From positions 200,714 through 264,713 of the forward strand of contig MEZH01000007.1 of the NCBI GenBank assembly GCA_001775995.1: 64,000 bases of DNA, read 5' to 3'. The position numbers were made by a program, and so were the translations under genes. A model generated the notes under the pieces. The model saw only the letters and a list, made by a program, of their open reading frames with translations, had not been told where the DNA came from and ran no database searches. Below, in pieces: positions 49,602 to 60,194 of this stretch (positions are counted from its first letter, which is position 1; every line of letters begins with the position of its first letter). Source of the stretch: Candidatus Bathyarchaeota archaeon RBG_16_48_13 (GTDB lineage: Archaea; Thermoproteota; Bathyarchaeia; RBG-16-48-13).

Positions 49602-50291
49602 CTAGACATCACTAATGCCAAACTCAGTCAATTTGTAACTGCAGACTTTATTTGCTATCTTACCACGATATTTCTTTAGCAATGCCTCTCTCATGCCCAT
49701 ACCAGGGGCTTGCTTCAACTGCATAATCAAATCAGACCAATAGTTCAAGATTCTAGAGGCTGGAGGTTCAATAATGCCCTTCTTAAAGGCAAAATGAACT
49801 TGGCTGGTGAGAAGGACAACCAAGTCCTTCTCTTTAGACATTTTTGATAAATGTGCAAGTTGGCGATTTAGATCTTTATTCATCCTGAAGGTTCTTGAAT
49901 GAGCACCGATCTCCATTCTGTAGAGAGAAGTGATGGTATCTATTACAATCAGAGAAGTCTCGGGGGCAACATATTTTTCCATTTCTTCTAGGGTTTCTGA
50001 CTGTTCTCTGAAATTCCTAGGAGACGTAAGAAGAAATTGCCGAAGAAAATCTGGACCTGACAAAATGGCTAATTGTTCGAGGCGCGGAACCGAGAAGGCA
50101 TTATCCGAGTCGATGTAGATCGTCTTGAACCCTCTTTTCATTGCGGCCAAGGCACACTGCATCGCTAGGGTGGTTTTTCCCACATGGGCTTCTCCGTAGA
50201 CGAGAGATATTGCCTTAGTGGGGAAACCTCCAACCAGCAGCTTGTCTATTGAACTGCAACCTGTATAGGCTATTCGATTTTCCGCAATCAT
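49602..50291 (-). CDS. radB: RadB-like RecA-family ATPase
   Basis: Walker A GEAHVGKTT and Walker B LIVIDTITSLYR; single short ATPase domain. Confidence 0.8.
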   Translation of the reverse strand: MIAENRIAYTGCSSIDKLLVGGFPTKAISLVYGEAHVGKTTLAMQCALAAMKRGFKTIYIDSDNAFSVPRLEQLAILSGPDFLRQFLLTSPRNFREQSETLEEMEKYVAPETSLIVIDTITSLYRMEIGAHSRTFRMNKDLNRQLAHLSKMSKEKDLVVLLTSQVHFAFKKGIIEPPASRILNYWSDLIMQLKQAPGMGMREALLKKYRGKIANKVCSYKLTEFGISDV

Positions 50292-50352
50292 CGTTTATAG
50301 TCATCACAAACTCTGTATTTAAGAGAATATATTTGAGGTTTCAAGAGTCTAT

Positions 50353-50982
50353 ATGGTGGAGCTTATGGCAACAGAGATCGCGATCTCAACCCTTTTTGGG
50401 AAGGTTTACTTTCTCCTCGTCGATGAGCTCAAGAGAAGACACCTCCCGTTCATCAGTCTGAAACCAGGGGATCCAATTCCCGTTAGCATTAAGGTTGTTT
50501 TGACTTCTCAAGAAGAGGTGAAACTCTTCACCCATGTTAATGTACTGGCTTATACGGAAAGAGCTGATCCTTCCGCAGTAGTGGATATGGCCACAATGAT
50601 TCTACTCAGCAAGAGCTCTTTTCGTGAGTTGAGTATTGGCATTGACCCAGGCAAGACCATAGGAGTTGCTCTCTTAGGAGATGGAATAATTCTAAGAACC
50701 GAAAAGAGGAGAAGGGCCGAAGAGGTCATTGCGGACATATCACGGTTCCTAAGGAGTTTCAAAGCTGATAAACTCGTTATTAGGGTTGGAAATGGTTCCA
50801 CAGAGTATCATAGACACATAATAAAGAAGATTGAGGATAATCTTCCAAGAGATGTTGTTCTAGAATTGGTTGACGAGAAAGGAACTAACAGAACGCCCAA
50901 AAACAGATCGCGACCGATATCTCTGGATGAAAAACCAGCAATAAGAATAGCTGAAAAACGAGGAAAGACCTTGAGAAGCTGA
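50353..50982 (+). CDS. Hypothetical protein with an RNase H-like (YqgF/Tex-type) C-terminal domain
   Basis: IGIDPG.TIGVA, RVGNG and VDE.GT. Confidence 0.65.
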   Translation: MVELMATEIAISTLFGKVYFLLVDELKRRHLPFISLKPGDPIPVSIKVVLTSQEEVKLFTHVNVLAYTERADPSAVVDMATMILLSKSSFRELSIGIDPGKTIGVALLGDGIILRTEKRRRAEEVIADISRFLRSFKADKLVIRVGNGSTEYHRHIIKKIEDNLPRDVVLELVDEKGTNRTPKNRSRPISLDEKPAIRIAEKRGKTLRS

Positions 50983-50987
50983 AAGTC

Positions 50988-52217
50988 ATGGAATTGAGAC
51001 TGACACCTGGACGCACGTTGACGATCGACGGACCGGCTGTGGTTACCCTGCTACAGGGTAGAGTGGAAATCTTGGGAAATGTATGGACCCCTCAGAGCAA
51101 GTTGAGTGTCAGAAAAGGAAGAAGGATTCCGATCGAGTCTATGGATGGGTCACGTCTAGAAGTGAATTTGGGAAAGGATGCAACTTGGACCGAGGTCGCA
51201 GAGAAAGCAATTCCAGAGACATGGATGACAGTAGCCGAAAGAATAACCACAGAGAGAGGAACGGCCCTTATTCTCGGAGGAGGAGATTGTGGCAAAACTA
51301 CCTTCTGCACGTATCTCGCTAACAAGGCTTTGAGCAAGGATCTGAAGGTCGTGGTAATAGATGGAGACCTCGGACAGGCTAACATAGGGCCACCTACTAC
51401 ATTAAGTCTAGGGCTTGTTGAGTGCCCCATCGTTGACCTCTTCAGAATAAAACCAGAGAAGACATATTTTGTAGGAATCATCAGCCCAAGCACCGTTGGA
51501 AATATTGTCATTAGATGTTTGCGGAATCTGAAGGTCGATGCCGAGAACAAGTGTGCGGATTTGATCATAATCGACACAGACGGATGGATTCAGAGCGAGC
51601 TTGCGCGAAATTACAAGACAACAATGGTAAAGGAGATTGAACCAGACTTCGTGATAGCTATACAAGAAAAGGAGGAAATGAAAACAATCCTTGAATCCAT
51701 AAGAAAGAGGGGCGTTTTCATCCTGCAAGTCTCAGAAATGGTCCGGGAACGTGGGCGAGAAGATAGACTGCTTCTCAGAGAGCAAGGCTATCGAAAATGC
51801 CTCAAAGGATCAACTCTTCGAACCATCCAATTAATGAACGTAAAGATGGAATTCCTAGGCATCAATTTTGAACAACCAGCTCCCGCGGAGAAAGAGAAGA
51901 AATTCGAGAAATATCTGGGATGCTTGGCTAAGCATTTTGAAGAAGCTGCGTCTGATAGGAGTCCTCAAATGCCGATGACTTGCATCACCAAGGCTTTTGA
52001 TGGAAAAGACGCCAATTTCTCAAAGGAAGGCATCGAGAAGGGACTCCTAGTTGGACTGCTGGATCATGAAAGAAAATTCATAGGTTTGGGGACAATAATG
52101 AAGTTGGATTACGACAGAGGTTACCTGCAAGTAGCCACCCCCGCAAAGGCCGAGATATCCGTGATTCAATTCGGACGGGTCAAGCTCCTTAAGGGACATG
52201 AGGTAGGAATTGTGTGA
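50988..52217 (+). CDS. Clp1/Grc3/Nol9-family polynucleotide 5'-kinase
   Basis: GGGDCGKTT, DGDLGQ..GPP, DTDGW and R..RE. Confidence 0.9.
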   Translation: MELRLTPGRTLTIDGPAVVTLLQGRVEILGNVWTPQSKLSVRKGRRIPIESMDGSRLEVNLGKDATWTEVAEKAIPETWMTVAERITTERGTALILGGGDCGKTTFCTYLANKALSKDLKVVVIDGDLGQANIGPPTTLSLGLVECPIVDLFRIKPEKTYFVGIISPSTVGNIVIRCLRNLKVDAENKCADLIIIDTDGWIQSELARNYKTTMVKEIEPDFVIAIQEKEEMKTILESIRKRGVFILQVSEMVRERGREDRLLLREQGYRKCLKGSTLRTIQLMNVKMEFLGINFEQPAPAEKEKKFEKYLGCLAKHFEEAASDRSPQMPMTCITKAFDGKDANFSKEGIEKGLLVGLLDHERKFIGLGTIMKLDYDRGYLQVATPAKAEISVIQFGRVKLLKGHEVGIV

Positions 52218-52234
52218 AATTCTCCGTTAAGACC

Positions 52235-53422
52235 TCATGTTTTGCGGAAGAGGGCGATATAGTAACCAGAAGTATCGTGAATATGAGGCGCAAACCTCTG
52301 AGCTAGATTGGCTCCCAAGCAGAGTCTCTCCACTCCCGGAGAGCCCAGAATTATTGGTTGTTTGATCAGTTCCAAGCCGCATTCATCTATGACAAACTTG
52401 GTATTTTCTTCACATTCTTCTTTAGTCATCGTACAGACTGAGTAGGCAACGAGCCCACCGGATTTCACTATATTGGCAGCAGCCTTGAGGAATTGCCTTT
52501 GATATCGGGCTAGCTTGATTATATCTTCCTTTGTAGAATCCTCATACACGCTTGGCCGAAGACCCAAAGCACTACAAGGTGGATCAACCAATACCTTGTC
52601 AGCGCGCAAATTCGGATAATCGCGATCGACGTAGCGACTATCATGGCACAGTAGAGTCACATTCTTTACATGCAACCTTCCGATGGTTTCACGCAACCGG
52701 GAAATTTTCTCTTGACTTCTATCAATGGCTATGATCTTGCCCTTGTTTCTCATGAGCTGAGCTAAGTGGGTGGTCTTTCCACCCGGAGATGCGCAAAGGT
52801 CAACCACGACATCTTGCGGGCTAGGACCAAGAACAAGACCGCTAATGATGGCGGGTAACGATTGAGGAAATATGAGTCCCTCCAAGAACTCAGGGCTCGC
52901 TCTCATGTTCGGAACAACATATTTTGGAGTTGTGATTTCAACTGCAATACCCTTCCTGAGACCTAGGATTTGTTTTTCATTCATCTTGGAAATTCCAACC
53001 CCAACTGCCTGACCATGTTTGTCGGTTACGGTTACCTTCGAGCCAAGACGAAGTCCTTGACATGCGGTAACGCCTGGGGCGTAGACATTCGCGCCCAACA
53101 AGACTGATTCAGCTGTATTCTTGTCAACTTCTAAACGGTATTCAGTAGTTGGTAATGGATTCGGCCCACTGATTTCGAAATATAAGACATGGCTCACAGA
53201 AGGCTCTTGAAGTGCATTTAATCCCCTGGCTTTGAGTCGTTCAAGGACGATTTCTGGAGCGGCTCTAAGCGTGTTAACTCGGAAATAGTACTTGGTGCCA
53301 GGTTCTCTTAGGGCCTTAATAACAACCTTGAGTTGCTCTGGGTATATTTCGCCGAACTCTACTAAGACATCTTTGGAAAATCGATATTGCTTGGACAGCT
53401 CATCCAGATTGGTCGAAGACAA
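52235..53422 (-). CDS. RsmB/NOL1/NOP2 RNA m5C methyltransferase with PUA domain
   Basis: DLCASPGGKTT, DPPCSALG and YSVCT. Confidence 0.93.
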   Translation of the reverse strand: MSSTNLDELSKQYRFSKDVLVEFGEIYPEQLKVVIKALREPGTKYYFRVNTLRAAPEIVLERLKARGLNALQEPSVSHVLYFEISGPNPLPTTEYRLEVDKNTAESVLLGANVYAPGVTACQGLRLGSKVTVTDKHGQAVGVGISKMNEKQILGLRKGIAVEITTPKYVVPNMRASPEFLEGLIFPQSLPAIISGLVLGPSPQDVVVDLCASPGGKTTHLAQLMRNKGKIIAIDRSQEKISRLRETIGRLHVKNVTLLCHDSRYVDRDYPNLRADKVLVDPPCSALGLRPSVYEDSTKEDIIKLARYQRQFLKAAANIVKSGGLVAYSVCTMTKEECEENTKFVIDECGLELIKQPIILGSPGVERLCLGANLAQRFAPHIHDTSGYYIALFRKT

Positions 53423-53459
53423 AAGCCGATCCTCCGCGCGCGCATTTTTATCGCTTCTT

Positions 53460-55319
53460 TTACTCCTGTCTTACTTCTGGGAGCATGTACGTCACGTCGT
53501 CATATGGGTGTCGGTACAATGGCTGCTTGAGACGCTTCTGGTCTAGGTAGTGGCCAATCATTCCGATGGTGCGGCTAAGCACGAATAGGCCGTTAAGGTA
53601 TCCCAGTTCCAATACGCTTTCCACTTCATGCTTCTTGAATTCCTTGCTGTTCATCATCATGTCCATGAAGAGGATTCCCACGCACCCGTCGACGTTCAGG
53701 ATCAGATTATTCTTCTTTTCGGTGGTCAACTTCTCCACCTTGAGAGCGTAGTCAAGCAGAGGTGTTGCAGGGAAGTTTTTCCTCGCATAGGCCTTGAGCA
53801 AGGTCACCCGCATGTCGGGGTTCTGTACGCTCTTGACGCGGTGTCCTATGCCCGGAATCTTGATTCCCTGCGCTTTCATTTCGTCCATGAACTGTTTGGG
53901 CGTAAGTTTCCTCTCGTAGGCGCTCTTGAAATAGCGCGCGGCATCGTCGATTGCTCCACCGAATCTCGGCCCGATTGTGAGTATGCCGGAGGCAACGGAG
54001 CTCATCATGTCCTTTCCAGCTCTCGCCGTGACGATCGCATTGTGAGCTCCCGAAACGCAGGGCCCGTGGTCTGCCATAATTTTCAGCGCCATCTCTATGA
54101 AATCTGACGCGTATCTCGGCAGCTTACGCTTGAACCAAAGCAGACCGATAACGTCGCCAAGGGTAAATCCCTTCTCAATCACTTGGCTGATTGGATATCC
54201 GGCGTACGTGAGTTCCTGGCCACTGTCGTCGCTTATCGTGCATATTATGTTGGGGGCCTTGCGTATCTTCTCAGCCTTCAGCGCAGCCGAGAAATCCTCT
54301 GGCACTTGAGGTATCGCAGGTTCCGGCTTTTCCACGATTGTCCCCTTCGCCTTCAGTTGCTCGTAGACTTCCCTTATCTTCTCTCCGAAGTCGTCGAACG
54401 ATTTGGGAACGTATGCTCCAGCTTCGGAAAGCGCCTTATTCTTTGCGTCCGCCGTTTCCTCTATGCCCTCCGCCTTTGCGGCAGCGTGCCCAAATTGCAC
54501 GTCGGTTGTGAATATTTTGGCACAAGTTCCAGTCACCCAGATGACGAGCGGCTTTGCGATTTTCTTCGATTTCAGCGCATCTGAGATCCTGTACTCCTCA
54601 TTGCCGCCTAGTTCTCCGAGACAGACGAGCATTTTTATTTCGGGGTTGGCCTCGTAGCGCAACAGATGGTCCATTAGGGTGGAGCCGGGGAAAACATCTC
54701 CGCCTGTGGCTATCGATTCGTAAACACCGTCACTATTTCGTGCCACTATGTTATTCATCTCATTGCTCATGCCGCCGGATATGGAGACCAACCCAACAGA
54801 CCCCGGACGGTTCAGCTTTGATGCGATTATGTTGTCTATGGTTCCGCCAGTGTTGGCTATCTTGAACGCCCCTGCCATAAGCCCGCCTACGGTTGCAGGC
54901 CCGATAATCCATTTGCCTTTCTGCTTTGCCAACATCGCCAGCTCCTTCGCCCTGCGTTCAGGAACGCCTTCAGCGATAACTGCGAGCGTCCATATCGTCG
55001 GGATTTCAAGAGCCTCCTTTGTGGTAGGATAAGCAGAGCGATAGGAGGCGAAGTTTATGAAAACATCCGCGTCCGGATGCATCTGCGCCGCTTCCCTAGT
55101 TGTTGTGTACATGGGCACCAACACTTCCTTCTTGCCGAAGAACGCCTTGTGCCATCCGCTGCACTCCACATTTACGATCGCGGCCACCGATGGCCTAGTG
55201 CGCCCGCAGACGTAGTCGAAATCCAGCATTCTCTGTATCGCGTACTGATGGTAGCCGTATATTATCGAAGTGGTGTTCTTGTCGAACAAAAGATAATCTG
55301 GTTTTGCGTCTACCATCAC
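53460..55319 (-). CDS. aclA: ATP citrate lyase alpha subunit
   Basis: IIGPATVGG, SISGGMSNE, phospho-His QFGHA, and citryl-CoA lyase domain DHGPCVSGAHN, PGIGHR, LNVDG. Confidence 0.95.
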   Translation of the reverse strand: MMVDAKPDYLLFDKNTTSIIYGYHQYAIQRMLDFDYVCGRTRPSVAAIVNVECSGWHKAFFGKKEVLVPMYTTTREAAQMHPDADVFINFASYRSAYPTTKEALEIPTIWTLAVIAEGVPERRAKELAMLAKQKGKWIIGPATVGGLMAGAFKIANTGGTIDNIIASKLNRPGSVGLVSISGGMSNEMNNIVARNSDGVYESIATGGDVFPGSTLMDHLLRYEANPEIKMLVCLGELGGNEEYRISDALKSKKIAKPLVIWVTGTCAKIFTTDVQFGHAAAKAEGIEETADAKNKALSEAGAYVPKSFDDFGEKIREVYEQLKAKGTIVEKPEPAIPQVPEDFSAALKAEKIRKAPNIICTISDDSGQELTYAGYPISQVIEKGFTLGDVIGLLWFKRKLPRYASDFIEMALKIMADHGPCVSGAHNAIVTARAGKDMMSSVASGILTIGPRFGGAIDDAARYFKSAYERKLTPKQFMDEMKAQGIKIPGIGHRVKSVQNPDMRVTLLKAYARKNFPATPLLDYALKVEKLTTEKKNNLILNVDGCVGILFMDMMMNSKEFKKHEVESVLELGYLNGLFVLSRTIGMIGHYLDQKRLKQPLYRHPYDDVTYMLPEVRQE

Positions 55320-56593
55320 TGACCGCCTCCGAGTGCAATTCTGACAATACTAGTCATATGCGTCTCCGGCCCGTACGCTTCGATCGGCACGCTGAGGGTC
55401 TGTCCCAAATCGCGCATCTGCTTCAGCCCTTCTTGGTAATTGGGTCCGCCGCGCCGCACGTAGATTTTTACCCTATTGTCGATTAGCTTACGCTCGTATT
55501 CCTTCAGCGCCTTTATTATCCCCGCAAAAGTCTTCGCTACGTCGGTGAAATTCGCGATTCCTCCGCCGATTATCAGTATCTTTCCGCGCTCGTCCTTTTC
55601 TTGCGTCATCAAATCGATTACAGTCCTTGCGTAATCGTATGTCTCATCAGTTGTTGGATCGCCGGAATATTCGCCGTAGTTTGCGAGTTCTCCCGCGTAC
55701 CCCAAACCGACAACTGTGTCCGTATAGATTACCGACGCCCCTCCTCCCGCAATCATGGTCCAGACGCGCCCCTTGGGGTTAAGAATGGTGAGTTTCAGTG
55801 ATGCGCCGGATTTTTCGTCCAGCAGGTGGATATATTCCTCCTCCGGAGTCCGCCTCTTTCCGAAAGGCTCCGGGAACTCGATGTCGTCCCATCTTCCCTT
55901 GCATTCGAAGCCGGCTGTGTCATCAAGCTTAGCCGCAAGGTCAAGTGGGATCAGCCTGTCGCCGGCGAACGCAATTGGGTTTATTTCCAAATACGCGAAG
56001 CCGTTATCCGCGTAGAGCTTGAACGTGGAGCGTATGAATTTTGCCAGTTGCGCCATGCGATCCGGCGAAACGTTTTTCAGCAGTTTTCCCTCCACATCAA
56101 CATTGTCCACGTCATCAAATATTCCGATGGTCAGCTTCTCCGCCTTTGTCTCCACGTCCCCGACGTCTATTCCGCCTTGACGGTAGAACAATATTTCGTC
56201 GCCTTCGCGCACAGAGCGCATTGCGAAATAGTACTCATCCTTCGCGTCATGCGGCACGAAAGGCTCAACTATGAACGTATTCAGCCGGCCTGTGACCGTT
56301 CCCGAGGTGATTTCCTTGTTGATGCGCTCGGTGATCCAGTTCTTTGCCTCGTCCCAGGAAGCATCAAGCAGGACCAGGCCGACCTTGCCCCTGCGCTTTA
56401 TCAGCTGATCTGGCTTCACTACTAGTTTTGTCGTCACAAGCCAGGGATTTTCATGCTCGAGGTCCGCAAATTTTGTTTCGAGTCTTACCTGAACGCACTT
56501 GTCAGGTATGGTCACGCTCCCGCCGGAATAGTTGGGAAGCAGGCGCGCGATCATCTTCTTCACGTCATATTCCCTTATCGCCTTCTGCGCCAC
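55316..56593 (-). CDS. aclB: ATP citrate lyase beta subunit
   Basis: KAIREYD, KPDQLIKRRGK, AGGGASVIY, NYGEYSGDP and GGGIANFT. Confidence 0.95.
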   Translation of the reverse strand: MAQKAIREYDVKKMIARLLPNYSGGSVTIPDKCVQVRLETKFADLEHENPWLVTTKLVVKPDQLIKRRGKVGLVLLDASWDEAKNWITERINKEITSGTVTGRLNTFIVEPFVPHDAKDEYYFAMRSVREGDEILFYRQGGIDVGDVETKAEKLTIGIFDDVDNVDVEGKLLKNVSPDRMAQLAKFIRSTFKLYADNGFAYLEINPIAFAGDRLIPLDLAAKLDDTAGFECKGRWDDIEFPEPFGKRRTPEEEYIHLLDEKSGASLKLTILNPKGRVWTMIAGGGASVIYTDTVVGLGYAGELANYGEYSGDPTTDETYDYARTVIDLMTQEKDERGKILIIGGGIANFTDVAKTFAGIIKALKEYERKLIDNRVKIYVRRGGPNYQEGLKQMRDLGQTLSVPIEAYGPETHMTSIVRIALGGGQ

Positions 56594-56602
56594 TCTCTCA
56601 CC

Positions 56603-57832
56603 TCATTTCAGTTTGCTTTCGAGATTTCTTGCTACCGAATCTATGAAGCCCTCTGTGGTTACGTACTTGTCTGTCGGAGGCTCACAGACTCTTGTCAAGT
56701 CTCTTGTCATCACTCCGCTTTCGATTGTTTCAATCACAGACGCCTCTAGTTTCTTTGCAAATTCGACTACTTCGGGAGTGCCGTCCATCTCGCCGCGTTT
56801 TGCGAGTGCGCCGGTCCAAGCGAATATTGATGCAGTGGAGTTTGTGGATGTGGAATTTCCCTTCAGATGTTCATAGTAGTGGCGCTTTACGGTTCCGTGC
56901 GCCGCCTCGAATTCGTATTTTCCGTCAGGCGATACAAGCACAGAAGTCATGAGCCCTAGCGAGCCGAAGCCGGATGCCACCATGTCTGATTCAACGTCAC
57001 CGTCGTAGTTCATACAGGCCCAGAGAATTCCGCCCTCGTGCTTCATCATTTGAGCGACCGCGTCGTCGATCAGCATGTAGCGATAGGTCACGCCAGCTTT
57101 TGCCAAATCGTCCTTGCGCGCATCGACTTCCTTCTGGAATATTTCCTTGAACTTGGCATGGTACTTCTTTGAAATTGTATCCTTGGCGCCGAACCAGATG
57201 TCCTTCTTTTCGGAGAAGGCGTAGTTTATGCACGCTTGTGCAAATGAGCGGATGGACTTGTTTGTATTGTGCATTCCTAATAGAACGCCGGGGCCCTTGA
57301 ATTCGTGAACAACAAGGGAGACCTTATCTCCACTTTCAGGCGTGTAGACGAGTTCCGCTTTTCCTGCGCCCGGAACCACAAAGTCCACAGCCTTGTATAT
57401 GTCGCCATAGGCATGTCTTCCGATTATTATTGGCTTTTTCCAGGAACGGACCGCCGGCGGAACATTCTTTACAACTATCGGCTTTCGGAAAACTGTGCCG
57501 TCGAGAATGCTTCGTATGGTCCCGTTAGGGCTCGGCCACGCCTTCTTCAGATTGTACTCCTTGACCCTTTCGTCGTCTGGGGTGATGGTGGCGCACTTAA
57601 CGCCAACGCCGTATTTCAATATGGCGTTAGCAGCATCGACGGTGACCTTGTCGTCTGTTTTATCTCTGTTCCGGACATGCAGGTCGTAATAGAGCAATTC
57701 CACGTCGAGGTGCGGTTTTATCAGCTTGTCTTTGATAAGCCGCCAGATGACGCGCGTCATTTCGTCTCCGTCCATCTCGATGATCGGAGTCTTTATTTTC
57801 ACTTCCTTGCTTGCCATCAGGCATCCATCCAA
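56603..57832 (-). CDS. icd: NADP-dependent isocitrate dehydrogenase (type II, IDH1-like)
   Basis: [38 protein letters not shown] and EAAHGTV.RH. Confidence 0.95.
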   Translation of the reverse strand: MDGCLMASKEVKIKTPIIEMDGDEMTRVIWRLIKDKLIKPHLDVELLYYDLHVRNRDKTDDKVTVDAANAILKYGVGVKCATITPDDERVKEYNLKKAWPSPNGTIRSILDGTVFRKPIVVKNVPPAVRSWKKPIIIGRHAYGDIYKAVDFVVPGAGKAELVYTPESGDKVSLVVHEFKGPGVLLGMHNTNKSIRSFAQACINYAFSEKKDIWFGAKDTISKKYHAKFKEIFQKEVDARKDDLAKAGVTYRYMLIDDAVAQMMKHEGGILWACMNYDGDVESDMVASGFGSLGLMTSVLVSPDGKYEFEAAHGTVKRHYYEHLKGNSTSTNSTASIFAWTGALAKRGEMDGTPEVVEFAKKLEASVIETIESGVMTRDLTRVCEPPTDKYVTTEGFIDSVARNLESKLK

Positions 57833-57844
57833 ATTTTCGTCGGA

Positions 57845-59788
57845 TTACTTATTTACTGTATAAGGCAAGAGTCCTCCTTCGAATAGTATGTCCTTCTGGC
57901 GCTGGCTCAAGCTATACCTCAGCTTTACTCTCTTGCCGTCAACTTCCGCGTAAAGTTCCTTTCCTTCCGCAATAATTTTCCTGGCATCATGTATGCGGAT
58001 CTTTGCGCCCTGCGCCACCGCGTCGTAGTCCGCCTTGTTTTCAAACGTCAATGGTAGAATGCCGAAGTTTACCAAGTTGGCCGCGTGTATTCGCTCTATG
58101 GATTTCGCGATGACTGCCTTGACTCCGAGAAACATCGGGCACATCGCGGCGTGCTCCCTGCTTGAGCCTTGGCCGTAAGACTCGCCTGCTACGATCACGT
58201 TGTGAACGTTGTTTGCCCTGTTTGCCTTCGCTTTTTCCGGGAACTTGGGATCCACCGGTTCAAACACAAACGAGGCATATTTTTCTATATTCGAGCGGTA
58301 TTTCAAGCGCGCCCCGGCGGGCATTATGTGATCCGTGGTTATCAGCTCGCCGACCTTTATCGTCACCTCGCCGTTGATCTCATCGGGCATCTTCGTGTTT
58401 GTCGGAGGGTTGCCTATGTTCGGACCCCTGAATATTTTGACTTCATTCGCTTTTTCTGCCGGTACTGGGTTCAGTATCAGGGAATCGTCAATTGCGAATT
58501 TCGCCGGCATTCTTATTTGCGGATACTCTATTCCCATAGATTCGAGGGAGAGCGGATCGGTTATGAATCCGTTTAGCGCGGATGCCGCTGCGGTTTCAAC
58601 CGATACTAGATAGACTTGCGCGTCATGAGTTCCAGAGCGTCCTTCGAAGTTCCGGTTGCTCGTGCGCAGCGAGACGCCCTTTGTGCAAGGCGAGAAGCTG
58701 TTTCCAATGCAAAAGCCGCAGGCGCTTTCCATAATCCTTACGCCGGAACTTATCAAATCGACAAGAGCGCCGTTGTCAGCTATCATTCGCAGAACTTGGC
58801 TACTTCCGGGCGCAAGCCCGGTCGATGTCTGGGTGTTCTTGCCCTTTAGGATCTCTGCAAATCGCATAAGGTCAAGATAGGAAGAATTCGTGCAGGATCC
58901 CACGGCTATCTGGTCAACTACAAGCTTCTGCTTTTCGAGATCCTCAACACTTACGACATTTCCGGGGCTGTGGGGTGTGGCTGCAAGAGGCTTGAGGTCT
59001 GAAAGGTCTACGTCGATGACTTCATCGTATGCGGCATCTTCGTCAGCCTTGATCTCTGACCAGTCGCTTTCGCGGTCCTGCGCAGCAAGGAATTGTTTCG
59101 TTATTTCATCTGAGTGGAACACAGAGGTTGTCACACCAGTCTCTGCTCCCATGTTCGTGATCGTGGCGCGCTCAGGAACCGAAAGTTTGGCTACGCCCTC
59201 TCCGCCGTATTCTATCATCCAGCCAACGTTTCCCTTCGTTGTCAGAATCGAGAGGACTTTCAATACGACATCTTTTGCGCTTACCCATTTCTTCAGCTTG
59301 CCTGTTAGATTTATTTTTGCCATCTTCGGATAAGTCAGGTGGAACGGTCCTCCACCCATTGCCACCGCAACGTCTAACCCGCCAGCACCGATTGCCATCT
59401 GACATATTCCTCCGCCTGTCGGCGTGTGGCTGTCGGAGCCCAAAAGCGTGGTGCCTGGCTTTCCGAACCTTTCCAGATGAACCTGGTGGCATATTCCGTT
59501 TCCTGCGCGGGAATATCTTATCCCGTACTTTGCAGCAACTGTTTCCAAGTATTTGTGGTCGTCGGCGTTTTCAAAGCCGATTTGGACGGTGTTATGATCG
59601 ACATAGCTCACCGACAAATCCGTTTTCACGCGTAGAGTTCCCATCGCTTCGAACTGAAGGTACGCCATAGTGCCGGTGGCGTCCTGCGTGATGGTCTGAT
59701 CTATCCTGATTCCAACTTCGCTTCCTGGAACTAGATTGCCTTCGACTATGTGAGCGTCAAGGATCTTTTGAATTATGTTCTTTCCCAT
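57845..59788 (-). CDS. acn: Aconitate hydratase (short putative aconitase type)
   Basis: QDATGT, DHN, DSHT, GSCTNSS, CGFCIG, SNRNF, TTDHI and YGQGSSREHA. Confidence 0.93.
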   Translation of the reverse strand: MGKNIIQKILDAHIVEGNLVPGSEVGIRIDQTITQDATGTMAYLQFEAMGTLRVKTDLSVSYVDHNTVQIGFENADDHKYLETVAAKYGIRYSRAGNGICHQVHLERFGKPGTTLLGSDSHTPTGGGICQMAIGAGGLDVAVAMGGGPFHLTYPKMAKINLTGKLKKWVSAKDVVLKVLSILTTKGNVGWMIEYGGEGVAKLSVPERATITNMGAETGVTTSVFHSDEITKQFLAAQDRESDWSEIKADEDAAYDEVIDVDLSDLKPLAATPHSPGNVVSVEDLEKQKLVVDQIAVGSCTNSSYLDLMRFAEILKGKNTQTSTGLAPGSSQVLRMIADNGALVDLISSGVRIMESACGFCIGNSFSPCTKGVSLRTSNRNFEGRSGTHDAQVYLVSVETAAASALNGFITDPLSLESMGIEYPQIRMPAKFAIDDSLILNPVPAEKANEVKIFRGPNIGNPPTNTKMPDEINGEVTIKVGELITTDHIMPAGARLKYRSNIEKYASFVFEPVDPKFPEKAKANRANNVHNVIVAGESYGQGSSREHAAMCPMFLGVKAVIAKSIERIHAANLVNFGILPLTFENKADYDAVAQGAKIRIHDARKIIAEGKELYAEVDGKRVKLRYSLSQRQKDILFEGGLLPYTVNK

Positions 59789-59802
59789 AAAAACACCGTT
59801 GC

Positions 59803-60190
59803 CTAATGCATGTTACATCGTGGTCTCCGTGAAAGCTCCCATTTAGCCGCATGGCGTCTTGCCAACTTGGTTTTGTGGGCTGACCAGTGCTCGGACCGCT
59901 GCGCATAATATCCACTATGACCCAAAGGGGCCTCAGTCATGACGGCAAAGCCTATGTTCTCAGCCATGAGATCAAAACCTGGACCTGAGATTGCCATCAT
60001 AGCCTTGGCGCCTGCATAGAAGACGCCTATCACTGCTGTCATGGTAGCTGTCTTATCTTCCATCTGCACGCAAACGCCACCGACCTCGGAGGGATGTAGC
60101 ACCATGTGTTCAGAGATCTCAGTCGCGGGGGATATGGGGTAGCCTTGCATCGATCTTCAGGTATTCTGATATCGGGCAAAGTACCTCTCC
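59803..60190 (-). pseudogene. Truncated, frameshifted 2-oxoacid:ferredoxin oxidoreductase alpha subunit (KorA-like) remnant
   Basis: YFA/GYPISPATE, QMED, SGPGF.LM.ENIG, then in another frame VDIMRSGPSTGQPT..HGD. No C-terminus before the aconitase start. Confidence 0.85.
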
Positions 60191-60194
60191 TATG

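Noticed and set aside
60138-60175. 30-nt stop-containing insert in the korA remnant as a second mRNA intron
   Set aside because: It forms a hairpin, but no register I tried gave a 3-4-3 BHB that also restores FAGYP, and the gene is otherwise broken.
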